Source: the human T2T-CHM13v2.0 reference genome, Homo sapiens. From it: a stretch of 64,000 nt of DNA. Where the stretch lies: NCBI RefSeq assembly GCF_009914755.1, contig NC_060948.1. One strand, given 5' to 3'. Shown in pieces: positions 54,601 to 64,000 of the stretch. Position 1 is the first letter of the stretch. The number at the start of each line of letters is the position of its first letter. Under the pieces are notes generated by a model. That model was not told the DNA's origin. It ran no database searches and was given only the letters and a program-made list of their open reading frames with translations. The position numbers and the translations under genes were made by a program.

Positions 54601-55268
54601 GGTGAGTAAGACCAAGCAAACCCTAATTTGATGAGGAAGATGGAAGCCAAAAAAAAAAAAAAAAAAAAAGAGGCAACTGTGGAGGCCACATCCCACACAG
54701 CATCAATCCATCCTACTCCCATTTGGCCCAGTGTATGAAAGCCCTCAAAGTGCAAACCCCTAGGTTTGCACTCCACAGGTTCACGGCACGTTGGAGAATT
54801 CACACTTGAACACTGGACCTTGGTGTGCACTGCTTGTGCAATTAAGGGGATGTGGGGATTCAGTTGGAAGCAACTTCTGTGTCATCTGTCTTCATCTTTT
54901 TTGCAGGTGAACATGCGGGATACAATCCACACCTCACCAGGTTCTATCCTCTTTTCTATCTGACCTTATAGCTGTTCACACTCTCTGTCCCAGAATGAAA
55001 TCCCAAGATGATGGAGAGTGCCTCCCCATGACATTAATCACCTGCTTGGCTAGACTCATGTATTGATTAATTATTCTTATAGTTGTTTGTATTCATTGTG
55101 AGACACAATGCTTCATTTTTCTTCCTTATTCTTCACCATTTATTTTCTTCTCAGATTAGTTATAGTTTGTAACTTACTTTGTCAAATATATGCAATAAGG
55201 TAACACTGCAGTATTGTAGAAAGCACACTGCATTGGAAGCAGACTCATTAAAATGGGAAAACCTCTCT

Positions 55269-56030
55269 TATTACCTGCAGCTGGGCGATCAGTGAGGACA
55301 GGTTGCGGGGCTCTGACCCTAGGCAGCATCTAGGGGTGAATGCATACAGCTCCTGAATCCCTAGCGGGCATGTGTTGCACGGTGTTAATTTAGTTCATCC
55401 ATCTGTAGACTACTAGTGTTAGTTCAATTAGACATCCAGCCTTACTGCAAAGACAGAGGGCTTTCTGGATCCTGGGATTACCTGCCTTGGTGTACCTGAA
55501 GAATTGGCTCCCATGTGGGTTTGGAGAATAAGTGCAAGTTTTCATTGATTGGAAGTGTTCAGAAAATCGATGGGGAGCCAGAATGGAGATGGAATGGGAA
55601 GGTGGTTTTCTCTCGGAATGGGGCAGCTCAGTGCTCTCCTCCCACAGCCCCATGAAACTTCGTGTTCTTCTGCAGTGGATGGCCTGCAGCCTCAGTCCTT
55701 GTGCTCTCCTTTCTCTGGTGTCCTCTCCAGGTCCAGATGTTGTGTCTTCTTCTGGTGATCATTCCTCTAAAAGTCCAGCTGCTGTGTATCTCCCTGCTAG
55801 CGTCTCAGGATTTCTTATAGAACAGGATGGGAGTATGGCAGGCGAGGGTGGTCTTGGAAAATGCAACACTTGTGCAAAAAAACCCAGAAACACATGTCCT
55901 CACCAATTTAGGCAAGAAAACAGAGGTGCGTGTCTTCAACTAAGTCAGTGAGCACAGGCCTGATGGTGGAGCCCTAGCCAAGAACCACAGCCTTCTCTAC
56001 CAGGCACTTCTCTGCCCCTCTTCCATATCA
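55269..56030 (-). mobile_element. Solo ERV1 LTR, LTR1-family-like (HUERS-P2 type)
   Basis: The minus strand begins TGATATGGAAGAGGGGCAGAGAAGTGCCTGGTAGAGAAGG...GGCTAGGGCTCCACC, contains GTTGCATTTTCCAAGACCACCCTCGCCTGCC and CTATAAGAAATCCTGAGAC, and ends GCAGGTAATA. Length ~760 bp. Family assignment is from recollection. Confidence 0.7.
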
Positions 56031-56639
56031 ATATTTTTTAAATTTAAAACTCCAAAATAGTACCCAAATCCTTTACAGATGACAACTGGAGAAAATGGCA
56101 TTTGAAGAGCCAGTCTGGGATTAGGGTCACTATATGGAAAATGAAAACAGAGAGAGCATGTCCTGTAGGCATGGAATCACTGCAGAAACATATCCCTTAT
56201 TGAGAAAGAGAAGGAAACAAACTGACTTCTCATATCTTCTTGTTCTCTAATCTCTGCAGTGTCACCCCTTGACTGAACTGAAACAAGAAGTAATTTTTAT
56301 AGGAGCCTAGGAACCATGCCTTCCTGGGGCCAGGCCTCTCTCTATTACAGAACAGTGCCAGGGAGAAGGGAGTGATATAGCTGTGGGCATGCAAACCCAG
56401 GGCCTCCCACAAAGGAGTATTAGAGACAAATACAGTGTCAGGAGATAAAGAGAGAATTACTCTCAGGAATGATTCATTCATGATATTCGTGAAAAGACCA
56501 AAAAGTAAAACAGCTTGTGAGGTAGTAAACATAAAAAGATCATAAACAAAAGCAGGCAAAATTGTAAAGTCCAGGGTATTTACCTTCCCTTTATAGGATT
56601 TTAATGATCCCTTCCAGAAGCCTTTTCCCAATATCTTCC

Positions 56640-56730
56640 ATTCATGGATTCATTCAAGAAATATTTATTGAGCTAGAATGCTCTAAGCATTCGGCAGATG
56701 GCATCATATGCACTGTTGGTACTTCTATCA
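56640..56730 (-). mobile_element. L2 (LINE-2) 3'-end remnant
   Basis: TTCATTCAAGAAATATTTATTGAGC is the reverse complement of the typical L2 terminus. Confidence 0.45.
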
Positions 56731-57194
56731 TTGATAGAAAGAATGTTTCTTTTTTCTCTACAACGTTTTCTCGCAAACATTCTTCTCGAAAATTTGTATC
56801 CTTACAGATGCGATCAATTGTTCCTTCCCTAAGGTTCTCCACACCCCTGTTAACGCAGTTAAGAACTTCCTTCCTCTGCAACTAAGTTACTAAATTGTAT
56901 ATATTGTAACACTTGCCAGAGTACATTCCAATTATGGCTGTTTTCTTCATTCTCCAATTAAACTATGAATATTTTGAAGGAAAAGTCTATAAACACAATG
57001 GCTTGACATTTGTCAACATTTATTGCACAAAAGGTTATTAGATATTTATATATAACATTATAATACATTCATCCTAATTTCTGGAAAACAATATAAACAA
57101 TCACTCTCCACTCCCCCATTGACTGCTCAACTTTAAACAATGTCTCTACTTTTAGAGCAATTATACAAACTTCCAAAAAACACCTGAAAGTGTT

Positions 57195-57487
57195 TTTATT
57201 TTAATTTATTTTGTTTTTTATATTGAATTATTTTGTAGAGACAAAGTCTTGCCTCATGGCCCAGGCTGAAATGCAGTGTGTGATAACAGCAAACTACAAC
57301 TGTGAACTCCTAAGTGGAACAACAGATGTGTGCCATCATGCCCAATTTAACTAATTAAATATTTAGTTACATTTTAAAAATGGTTCTTGCTGTGTTGCCT
57401 ATGCTGCTGTCAAACTCTGGGTTTGAAGCAGTCCTCCCTTCTAAGCCTCCCAGAGAGCTGCAATTCCAGGCATGAACAACCAGACCT
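57195..57487 (-). mobile_element. Highly diverged Alu (AluJ-like) with internal deletion
   Basis: T-rich tail, then GAGACAAAGTCTTGC...GCCCAGGCTGAAATGCAGTG, and AAGCAGTCCTCCC...AGCCTCCCAG...CAGGCATGA. Confidence 0.7.
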
Positions 57488-60147
57488 CAAAGAGGAAATT
57501 TTAGATTTTAGAATATTGCAATATATTAGACTTAATTTCTTCTTTCAGTTTTGCATTTGCAGTGGCACTTGAGAATAATTATTACTTATGGTGAGAGTGT
57601 GATTTCTCATATTTGGTCACCAGATTTTGAAATCTTTATTCTGTTTGCTTAAATCCTAATAACTGGTAGTCAACTCAGCTGAAAGTCAAGTACATGGGTG
57701 ACTTGTTTTGAGGCTATGGAGACAAATGTACAGATGTATTAAGAACCAAAGACTATTTTTTATATAGGCTAAAGCTTTATCCTTGCTGGTGAAGCATCAT
57801 ACGTGGCATGGATAGTTTTATAAAATACCCTGAAATACATACTTTAGTAAGCAATTTAGCACTCACAATTTCCCAACTTTGTTTTCATCTGAAGTTAATG
57901 ATGTATGGCACTTCTAGTAAGTAAATGAATGTTTGAATTGCTGTGAGTTATTTTAGTCATTTCTCAGTTAACCATTTAAGTTATCAAAGATCTTTACTTG
58001 TGCAATATCATAAATGATAGACATTAAAAATGAATCAACAGAATTGATCTAACTAAAAGCTGTCATCTAATGTGATATTTTTTCAGTAAGATGACAGCAG
58101 TAATTATGCCAAAAAAAATAGTCATTCCCCTAGCTTGAGCCATTATAGCAACTTCTAACCAAAGATTTCACAGGCAGGGTCCAGATCTGGGCAACAGTTA
58201 TTAACATAATGGTTATTGTTGAGAATAAATTTTGATACGTCTAGCTGTGCTTGGATGTCAGTGCCTTGAAGGGACAGGTTTGGCATATTAATAAGAAAGG
58301 GTGCATTGGACTGAATACTAAGAAATGAATTGTTTTTCTTATCTTCTATAACATGAAAGGTCAATTTGAGATATAGAAACACTGGAACATTTCACAGCAT
58401 GGCCTGACATTTCACTGCACTTTTATTTTTTTAACCATGTACAAAGTTGATTAAATACACAAAGGTAGGACTGCTATAGGATGAAAGTGGTGGAGTCAGA
58501 GGTCACAATCCAAAGCAAGGTGATAGTCTCTTGAGGATGACACCCTGATTGCTGAATTAGGGTGAGAATCAACTTTCAGCTGTTAACAGGGGACAAGGAG
58601 AATGAAGTTATCAACAGTTAACATTATTGGATTAATTGAAATGAATGTTGGCAGAGATTTTGCTGGCTTTACATCAAATTGAGTATAGTACTTCAAACTG
58701 AGTATTTGATGAGGGTAAACACTTAATCAAGTTTTCCACATGTAAAATTGAGAATTAATTAAAAGATTATACAACCCACACGTTATGGGTATCTCATATA
58801 AATTTATATACACATGTGCAAACTTGCAGTGTGCATATATTTGTCTATATCTAAATATATCCAAATCCATTGATGAACAGTTAGAAATTTAGAAATTATT
58901 CTCCCATTTTATCATTCCCTTTCCTAGAATTTTGTCACAAATATAATTTTTCCATCTGTTTGAAGCCTACTCTCTGGAGGCATGTAATGTATGGACACAG
59001 TAAAGCCCTGAGGTATCACAGGGTTTTTATCAGAGAAAATAATAACACTGGTGTTATAAAAGATCCATTGTGAGGAGAAAGATATATTTCACATGATTAC
59101 AAATACAGAAGTATTATTTCATCAAAAGCTGGTATCAGTGAATACAATTTGTTTTTAATGTTTTATTTAAAATATTTAATCTCAAAAGAATTTGTTGAGT
59201 AGAATAATGATATTGGTAAGAAATAATGATTCAGAATTTCCTTTAATTTGTTGACTTTTAAAATTAAGTGAAATACTAAAAAGTACTATTTAATGTAGTT
59301 TCATGAAGCATTCTCTATGGTTTTATAAAATTAATAGTCTCAATGGAATTTTTTGACACAGAAATGTCCTTATATAATTTTATGATTTATTATTGTACTT
59401 TCACTTTATTACTTGCTTGCATGTCACAACTGATAGAAATAAAAATATTTTCATTTACACATATACAAAACATGGATGTTTGTTTATGTTTTCTAGTGAA
59501 AGAAAGTCACCAATAATTGTATCTATGTAGGAAAATTTTGACAAGCCCAAAGTTCTTAACTTTCTTTTCTTTTGAAGTTTCATATTTCAGTCTAGGTATG
59601 AGATCAAATTGACTATGATTATTTTTTGATTTTACTATGACTACTGAGTTTCTGATATAGTGTTTTATATATGTGTGTGTACATATATATATATATATTC
59701 ATATAGCGATATATATAGTGACACTCCCCTTAACCCAGGTGGACTCCTCATCCTCACTACATGGTATGGCCCGAAGTGTTACTCCTGGGGCCCCAGCCAC
59801 TGTTTCAAGGTCCAGAGACTGACCAGCAGACCCCTGAGTCCTTGTCCTCCTGTCCAAGTAATAGCCATAGAAATAGTAAAAGAGTGGCATATTAGACTTC
59901 ATAATATTTTTAAGGCTGATCTCTTTATAAGCATTTCATGCAGATATTTATGACATTATCTCATTTGTTTTATAGATTTGTAGCTCTAATTTCAAAATCA
60001 ATTTTTGCTTGAGAGTTATTTCAACATATAACCAAATGTTTGGAGCTATTACATAAAGGTTTCAAGGTTAAAAGTCTGTATCAGCTATTACGTTGGGTAA
60101 AACCCATCCAGCACTTAAAAAAATAAGTAATTATTAGGCATGGCCAC

Positions 60148-60680
60148 AGTAGTGGTCTAAAATACACTTTGAAATTCTTCACAAACCAATTTGAAATTAT
60201 TCCTGATGTAACTGAACACAGTACTTGCTTCTAATTAATAGAAAACAGTGAAAGCATTTTCTGGATACTGGGCCACCTCTGGCCTAGGTTAGACAAGGTG
60301 ATACAGCTCTGCCTAAGTCTCCTGCTCTCATGGGGACAAACCCCTTGGAAGCCATGGACCAGGACATTATGAAGTCTAACACCCTGATAACACTATGCAG
60401 TAGGGACATCCCATGGAGAGATGCATAGAAATAGAAGGAGATGCCCAAGAATCTCAGCAGTCCAGCCCCACAATTTGAGTTATGCTAGCTATGGCACCAG
60501 GGAGATGAGAAGACACCTGACAATGTCCCCATCCTGAGCCGTCACTAGATTGTAAACTCCTGAGTGCCCCTGAACCACATTCATTTGGCTGAGAGACTGA
60601 GGGCGATTGCAGAGACTGACAGTTAGTAAATTATAATTATGGTTTTAAGCCACTAAGTTTTAGATAATTCTGAAAAGCAC
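60148..60680 (+). mobile_element. MaLR LTR remnant (MLT1-type)
   Basis: MLT1-like 3' signature GGTTTTAAGCCACTAAGTTTTAG and internal ACTTGCTTCTAA...AATAGAA / GGCCTAGGTTAG motifs. Confidence 0.55.
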
Positions 60681-61140
60681 TTTAGACTCCTAGAAAAACT
60701 GTGTTGTCTACTGACTTCATTGCAGAGAGCTGTAAAGGCCAACATCATGAATGCTAATACCCTGGAAAAGTCAAATCATCGAGACTCTTCTAAGCACAAC
60801 AGATCTTTAATGTCCCTTCGCTATGGCTGGAGAATAATCTAACATGTATCTGATAGAGTTGTTGGAAAGCCTCTGTTCACATCTCTCAGCCTGGTATGGG
60901 TCAACTCTGGTCTGCTTTAATTCTAGGCAACTGCAGCAGCTCACCTTTCATTTAGGTCGTGGCCTACACTGATTTTTTTTGATCACTGACTGTGTCTTTG
61001 TCTGTGTGTGTATGTTTTGTGTGTTACCATATTTTATCTGAGGAGGCTAAATAGTAGTACTATAATTGTTTTGTAAACATAAAACATTCCAGGAAGTCAA
61101 TATTGCTTATCAATCGAGCTTTAAAACAGATACGAAATTA

Positions 61141-61364
<224 letters not shown>

Positions 61365-61392
61365 TCACGGGAGAGAGAAATGCATACAACTG

Positions 61393-61688
61393 GGTGGGCA
61401 CTGTGGCTCATGCCTGGATCCCAGCATTTTGAGAGGCTGATGTGGGTGGATCACTAAAGGAAAGGAATTCAAGACCAGCCTGAGCAAATATTGTGAAACC
61501 TGGTCTCTACTGAAAATACAAAATATTTGCCAGGATTGGTGTCACATGATTGCAGTCGCAGCTGCTTAGGAGGGTGTGACTGGACAATTGCTTGAACCCG
61601 TGATAAGGAGGGAGCAGTGAGCTGAGATCACGCCACTGCACTCCAGCCTAGGTGACAGGGCAGGATTCTTTCTTAAAAAAAAAAAAAA
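61393..61688 (+). mobile_element. Full-length diverged Alu
   Basis: GTGGCTCATGCC...CCCAGC...AAGACCAGCCTG...AAAATACAAAA...CCACTGCACTCCAGCC followed by poly(A). Confidence 0.9.
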
Positions 61689-61889
61689 TCAGTGAGAGAA
61701 AAAGATACAGAGACAAAAAGAAAGAAAGACAGGAAGGAAGAAAGGAAGGGAGGGAAGGAGGAAGGGAATGAAAATTTGTACCTAACAGTTGTAGATACTT
61801 TTGGCATACATGTGATATTTTGATACAAGTAATGTGAACTGGTAAGCGAGGGATCAAAGAGGGGATGGGGGTGGGTTAAATTATACTTG

Positions 61890-62010
61890 CTTAGAAGGAA
61901 TAATATCTAGTGTTCAGTGGCACAGGATGACTACACTTAATAATGATTTATTGTACATCTCAAAATAATTAATAGAGCGAAGGTGGAATGTCGCTGATAC
62001 CAAGAAAAGA
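61890..62010 (+). mobile_element. L1M(A)-type 3' UTR fragment
   Basis: TAGAAGGAATAA...TCTAGTGTTC...GGATGACTA...TTAATAAT..TTTATTGTA...TCAAAATAA..AA.AGAG resembles the L1MA 3' end. Confidence 0.55.
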
Positions 62011-62058
62011 TACGCCAGACTCAGTGAGGTGGAATGTCGCTCATAATGAGAAAAGATA

Positions 62059-62368
62059 TGCCAGACTCAGTGGCTCACGGCTATAATCACAACACTTTGG
62101 GAAGCCAGGGAAGGAGGATTATTTCGGTCTGGGAGTTTGAGACCAGCCTGAACAATATATCCAAAGCATTGTCCCTACCACACACACACAAACACAAAAG
62201 CTGGGCACGGTGGTTGGTGTGTGTCTGTAATTCCAGCTACTTGGGAGGCTGAAATGGAAGGCTTGCACATTTCAAGCCCGTGTTCAAAGCTGCAGTGAGC
62301 TATGATGGTGCCACTGCAGTCTAGGCTGGACAACAGTGTGAGACCTTGTCTCTAAAAAAGAAAAAAGA
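62059..62368 (+). mobile_element. Old Alu (AluJ-like) with CA-rich linker
   Basis: CAGTGGCTCAC...CACTTTGGGA...GAGTTTGAGACCAGCCTG...GCTGCAGTGAGCTATGAT...GAGACCTTGTCTCTAAAAA. Confidence 0.88.
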
Positions 62369-62434
62369 ATCGGTAAGTGCTTGAACTGAAGGATACCCTA
62401 TTTATTATGTATATATTTGTTCATTGATATAATT

Positions 62435-62724
62435 ATTTTTGTGTTGGAGTCGCACTCTGTCACCCAGGCTAGAGTGCATGGTGCAATATCGGCTCACCGC
62501 AGCATCAGGCTCCCAGGTTCAAACCACTGTCCTGCCTGAGCCTCCCAATTAACTGCAACGTACTACAGGCAGGCACCACCATGCCCGGCTAATTTTTGTA
62601 TTTTTGGTAGAGATGGGGTTTCATGGTGTTGGCCAGCCTGGTCTTCAACTCCTGTCCTAAAGTGCTCTGCAAGCCTCGGCCTCCCCAAGTGTTAGAATTA
62701 GAGACCTGAGCCGTCACACATGGA
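62435..62724 (-). mobile_element. Alu (S-like), antisense
   Basis: GGAGTCGCACTCTGTCACCCAGGCT...GGCTAATTTTTGTATTTTT.GTAGAGATGGGGTTTCA...GCCTCGGCCTCCC. Confidence 0.9.
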
Positions 62725-63185
62725 CAGTAAGATACACAAGACTCGGGAGATTTATCTTTTCACTTCATCCTCACAATGCTACAGGTGAATGAAAACACTC
62801 CATAACATGAATAACTCACTTGAAAATCAAAGTTGGTAACTTCTCCCTTTAAAATTATTTGTACCCTTACCCTGTAAAAATTGATGATTGTGTCAAAATT
62901 TTTCAAGAAAATACTTCCTCCTTGCAGATTAGTCTGTCAATTGTAAGAATTATGGACTGCAAAACTTCTGGAACTTGATGTATTTCATTTCTTTAGTTTG
63001 TATAATCAGGAAAATTAATTCATTTAGTTATTTCGGTCTAAATATTTGTATCATTCAGTGATGTCTTAAAACTTTAAGCAATCCCGTCGGAAACTTTATG
63101 CTGTTGTTTATGTTTTATACACTTCACTTTCCCCTAAGTATGAGGTTTAAAGCGTTTCCATTCATATTATCAATTAAATACGATA

Positions 63186-63467
63186 GGCTGACAGTGGTGG
63201 CACATGCCTATAATCTTAGCACTTCGGGAGTCTGAGGAGGGTGGATCAGGATTTTAAGAACAGCCTGGCAAACAAGGTGAAACGCTGTCTGCACTAAAAA
63301 TACAAAAATTGGCCCCGCTGTGCGGCACACATATCTAATACCAGTTACTCAGGATGCTGAGGCAGGAGAATAGCTTGGATCCAGAAGGCAGCGGTTGCCA
63401 TAAGCCAAGACAGAGCCACTGCACCCCAGCCTCGGCGACAAAGCTGTACACTTCATCTCAAAAAAAA
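63186..63467 (+). mobile_element. Diverged Alu
   Basis: GGTGGCACATGCCTATAATC...CTAAAAATACAAAAATT...GCTGAGGCAGGAGAAT...CCACTGCAC...CATCTCAAAAAAAA. Confidence 0.88.
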
Positions 63468-64000
63468 CTGATACTATCCCAACCACTCTAGATTATTCCT
63501 ATCTGTAAGAACATATTACTAAACCATTACTTACAACATCCACTGTCAAAATATTCAAGAAAAAATTAACGTGGGAACCTCACAAGACAAAACACTTACT
63601 TTCCACTATTTAAACTACGAACATTTAAATTCATTATGCTACGCGCCTGAGAAACTTAGCTGGTTCACTTCTGATTTAGGTGAAAAAAAAAAGTTTTCAT
63701 TACCGTTATCCTCTTCAGTCACAGAATGCTTCACATAGAATGTTCCGGATGTCTTAAACTTTAGTATCAATACATCTAATGATTTCCTTTGACCTGTACT
63801 ATTCCTCTAAAAAATAAACGTTTTATGGTGAGGCAGACGGTTTTGTAGTCTTTCTGAAGACTTCTCCAACATTTTAACCTTGTTAGTTTTTAAAGAGAAA
63901 CAGCCTAATTAGAAAACTTGAGCAGCTTGCAAGGGCGACATAACACATCCCTAATTTTGTACCTATGTTCAAACAAACAAAGGAAAATGTACAACAGACT

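Larger units (their letters stand above)
1..55053 (+). repeat. Tandem array of ~2.4-2.5 kb diverged units (NORF/TTTY-type Y-chromosome array), about 25 complete or internally deleted copies; continues beyond the left edge of the window
   Basis: Anchor GATTCATGATCCACAGAAAAATAAAGAAC recurs at ~97, 3391, 5766, 9112, 11549, 13964, 16447, 18923, 20661, 25580, 27471, 30170, 32618, 35093, 37511, 39967, 42459, 44579, 45637, 48125, 52107 and 54468. A second anchor, GATCCTTAGGGATT, gives intact-unit lengths of 2493 (14356-16848), 2473, 2484, 2475, 2476 and 2471 bp. Homology stops after ...CACCTGCTTGGCTAG at ~55053. The array is seen directly; the NORF identity (published ~2.48-kb unit) is from established knowledge. 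Confidence 0.93.
1..55053 (+). pseudogene. CLUH: Multi-copy decayed processed pseudogene of CLUH (N-terminal, CLU and central regions; no TPR domain), one copy per array unit
   Basis: Colinear translated motifs (array vs recalled CLUH): SPRIM/SPQEM; HREDR/DREDT; VREAR/VREAR (26228-26242); RDPKSL(D)/RDLLKSLD; LRVL/LKVL; TAS-x18-ASPR in both (ORF 1881..2075); LKRV/KKRV; RGPKSLLQSANNL/RDWNEELQTTREL; EKAMQM/ETKMQM; ITAAQSL/VTAQSII; LPPE/FPPD; HDMKHLL/RDQKQLL; GEVI/GELI; LYLEITVGQ/FDLECETVDQ. Every copy has frameshifts and stops. Confidence 0.72.

Noticed and set aside
1-55053. Hundreds of 60-190 aa ORFs in the array as functional genes
   Set aside because: They are fragments of the same repeat unit with different start/stop points and frameshifts in each copy. 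Many start at GTG/TTG. They are treated as pseudogene remnants.
1-55053. CRISPR array or prokaryotic defence/mobile system
   Set aside because: The DNA is primate (Alus, HERV LTRs). The repeat period is ~2.5 kb with no short repeat-spacer structure and no cas-like ORFs.
1-55053. Assignment to a specific TTTY gene or Y coordinate
   Set aside because: NORF-type clusters are multi-copy, and I cannot tell TTTY family members or the species apart without alignment.
55200-55265. Possible MIR fragment
   Set aside because: Too short and degenerate to support by eye.
55532-56885. ORFs of 75-139 aa in the flank
   Set aside because: They lie in LTR/L2-derived or low-information sequence and show no recognisable protein motifs.
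58155-58382. 75-aa minus-strand ORF in the unique flank
   Set aside because: No recognisable family, non-ATG start and no clear splice context.
62730-64000. Possible downstream flank of an RBMY-type pseudogene
   Set aside because: Only a contextual impression; no RRM or SRGY-box coding sequence is visible in the window.

Overview
This is primate genomic DNA (Alus, HERV LTRs), most likely human or great-ape Y-chromosome ampliconic sequence. Positions 1 to ~55,053 are a head-to-tail array of about 25 diverged units; intact units are ~2.43-2.49 kb. The period, divergence and lack of long ORFs fit the NORF ('no long ORF') arrays that host the TTTY non-coding transcripts. The array contains one solo HERV-K-type LTR (MER11D-like), many internal deletions and expanded microsatellites. 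From ~55,054 to the end is AT-rich flank with an LTR1-like element, MLT1/L2/L1 remnants and several old Alus. No intact protein-coding gene is supported. Main observation: translated on the + strand, each unit shows an ordered, colinear series of motifs matching CLUH (clustered mitochondria homolog / KIAA0664), from near its N-terminus to just before the TPR domain, with no room for introns. The 'non-coding' array therefore looks like a tandemly amplified, decayed CLUH retrocopy. This comparison uses my recollection of the CLUH protein and needs tblastn/HMM confirmation.
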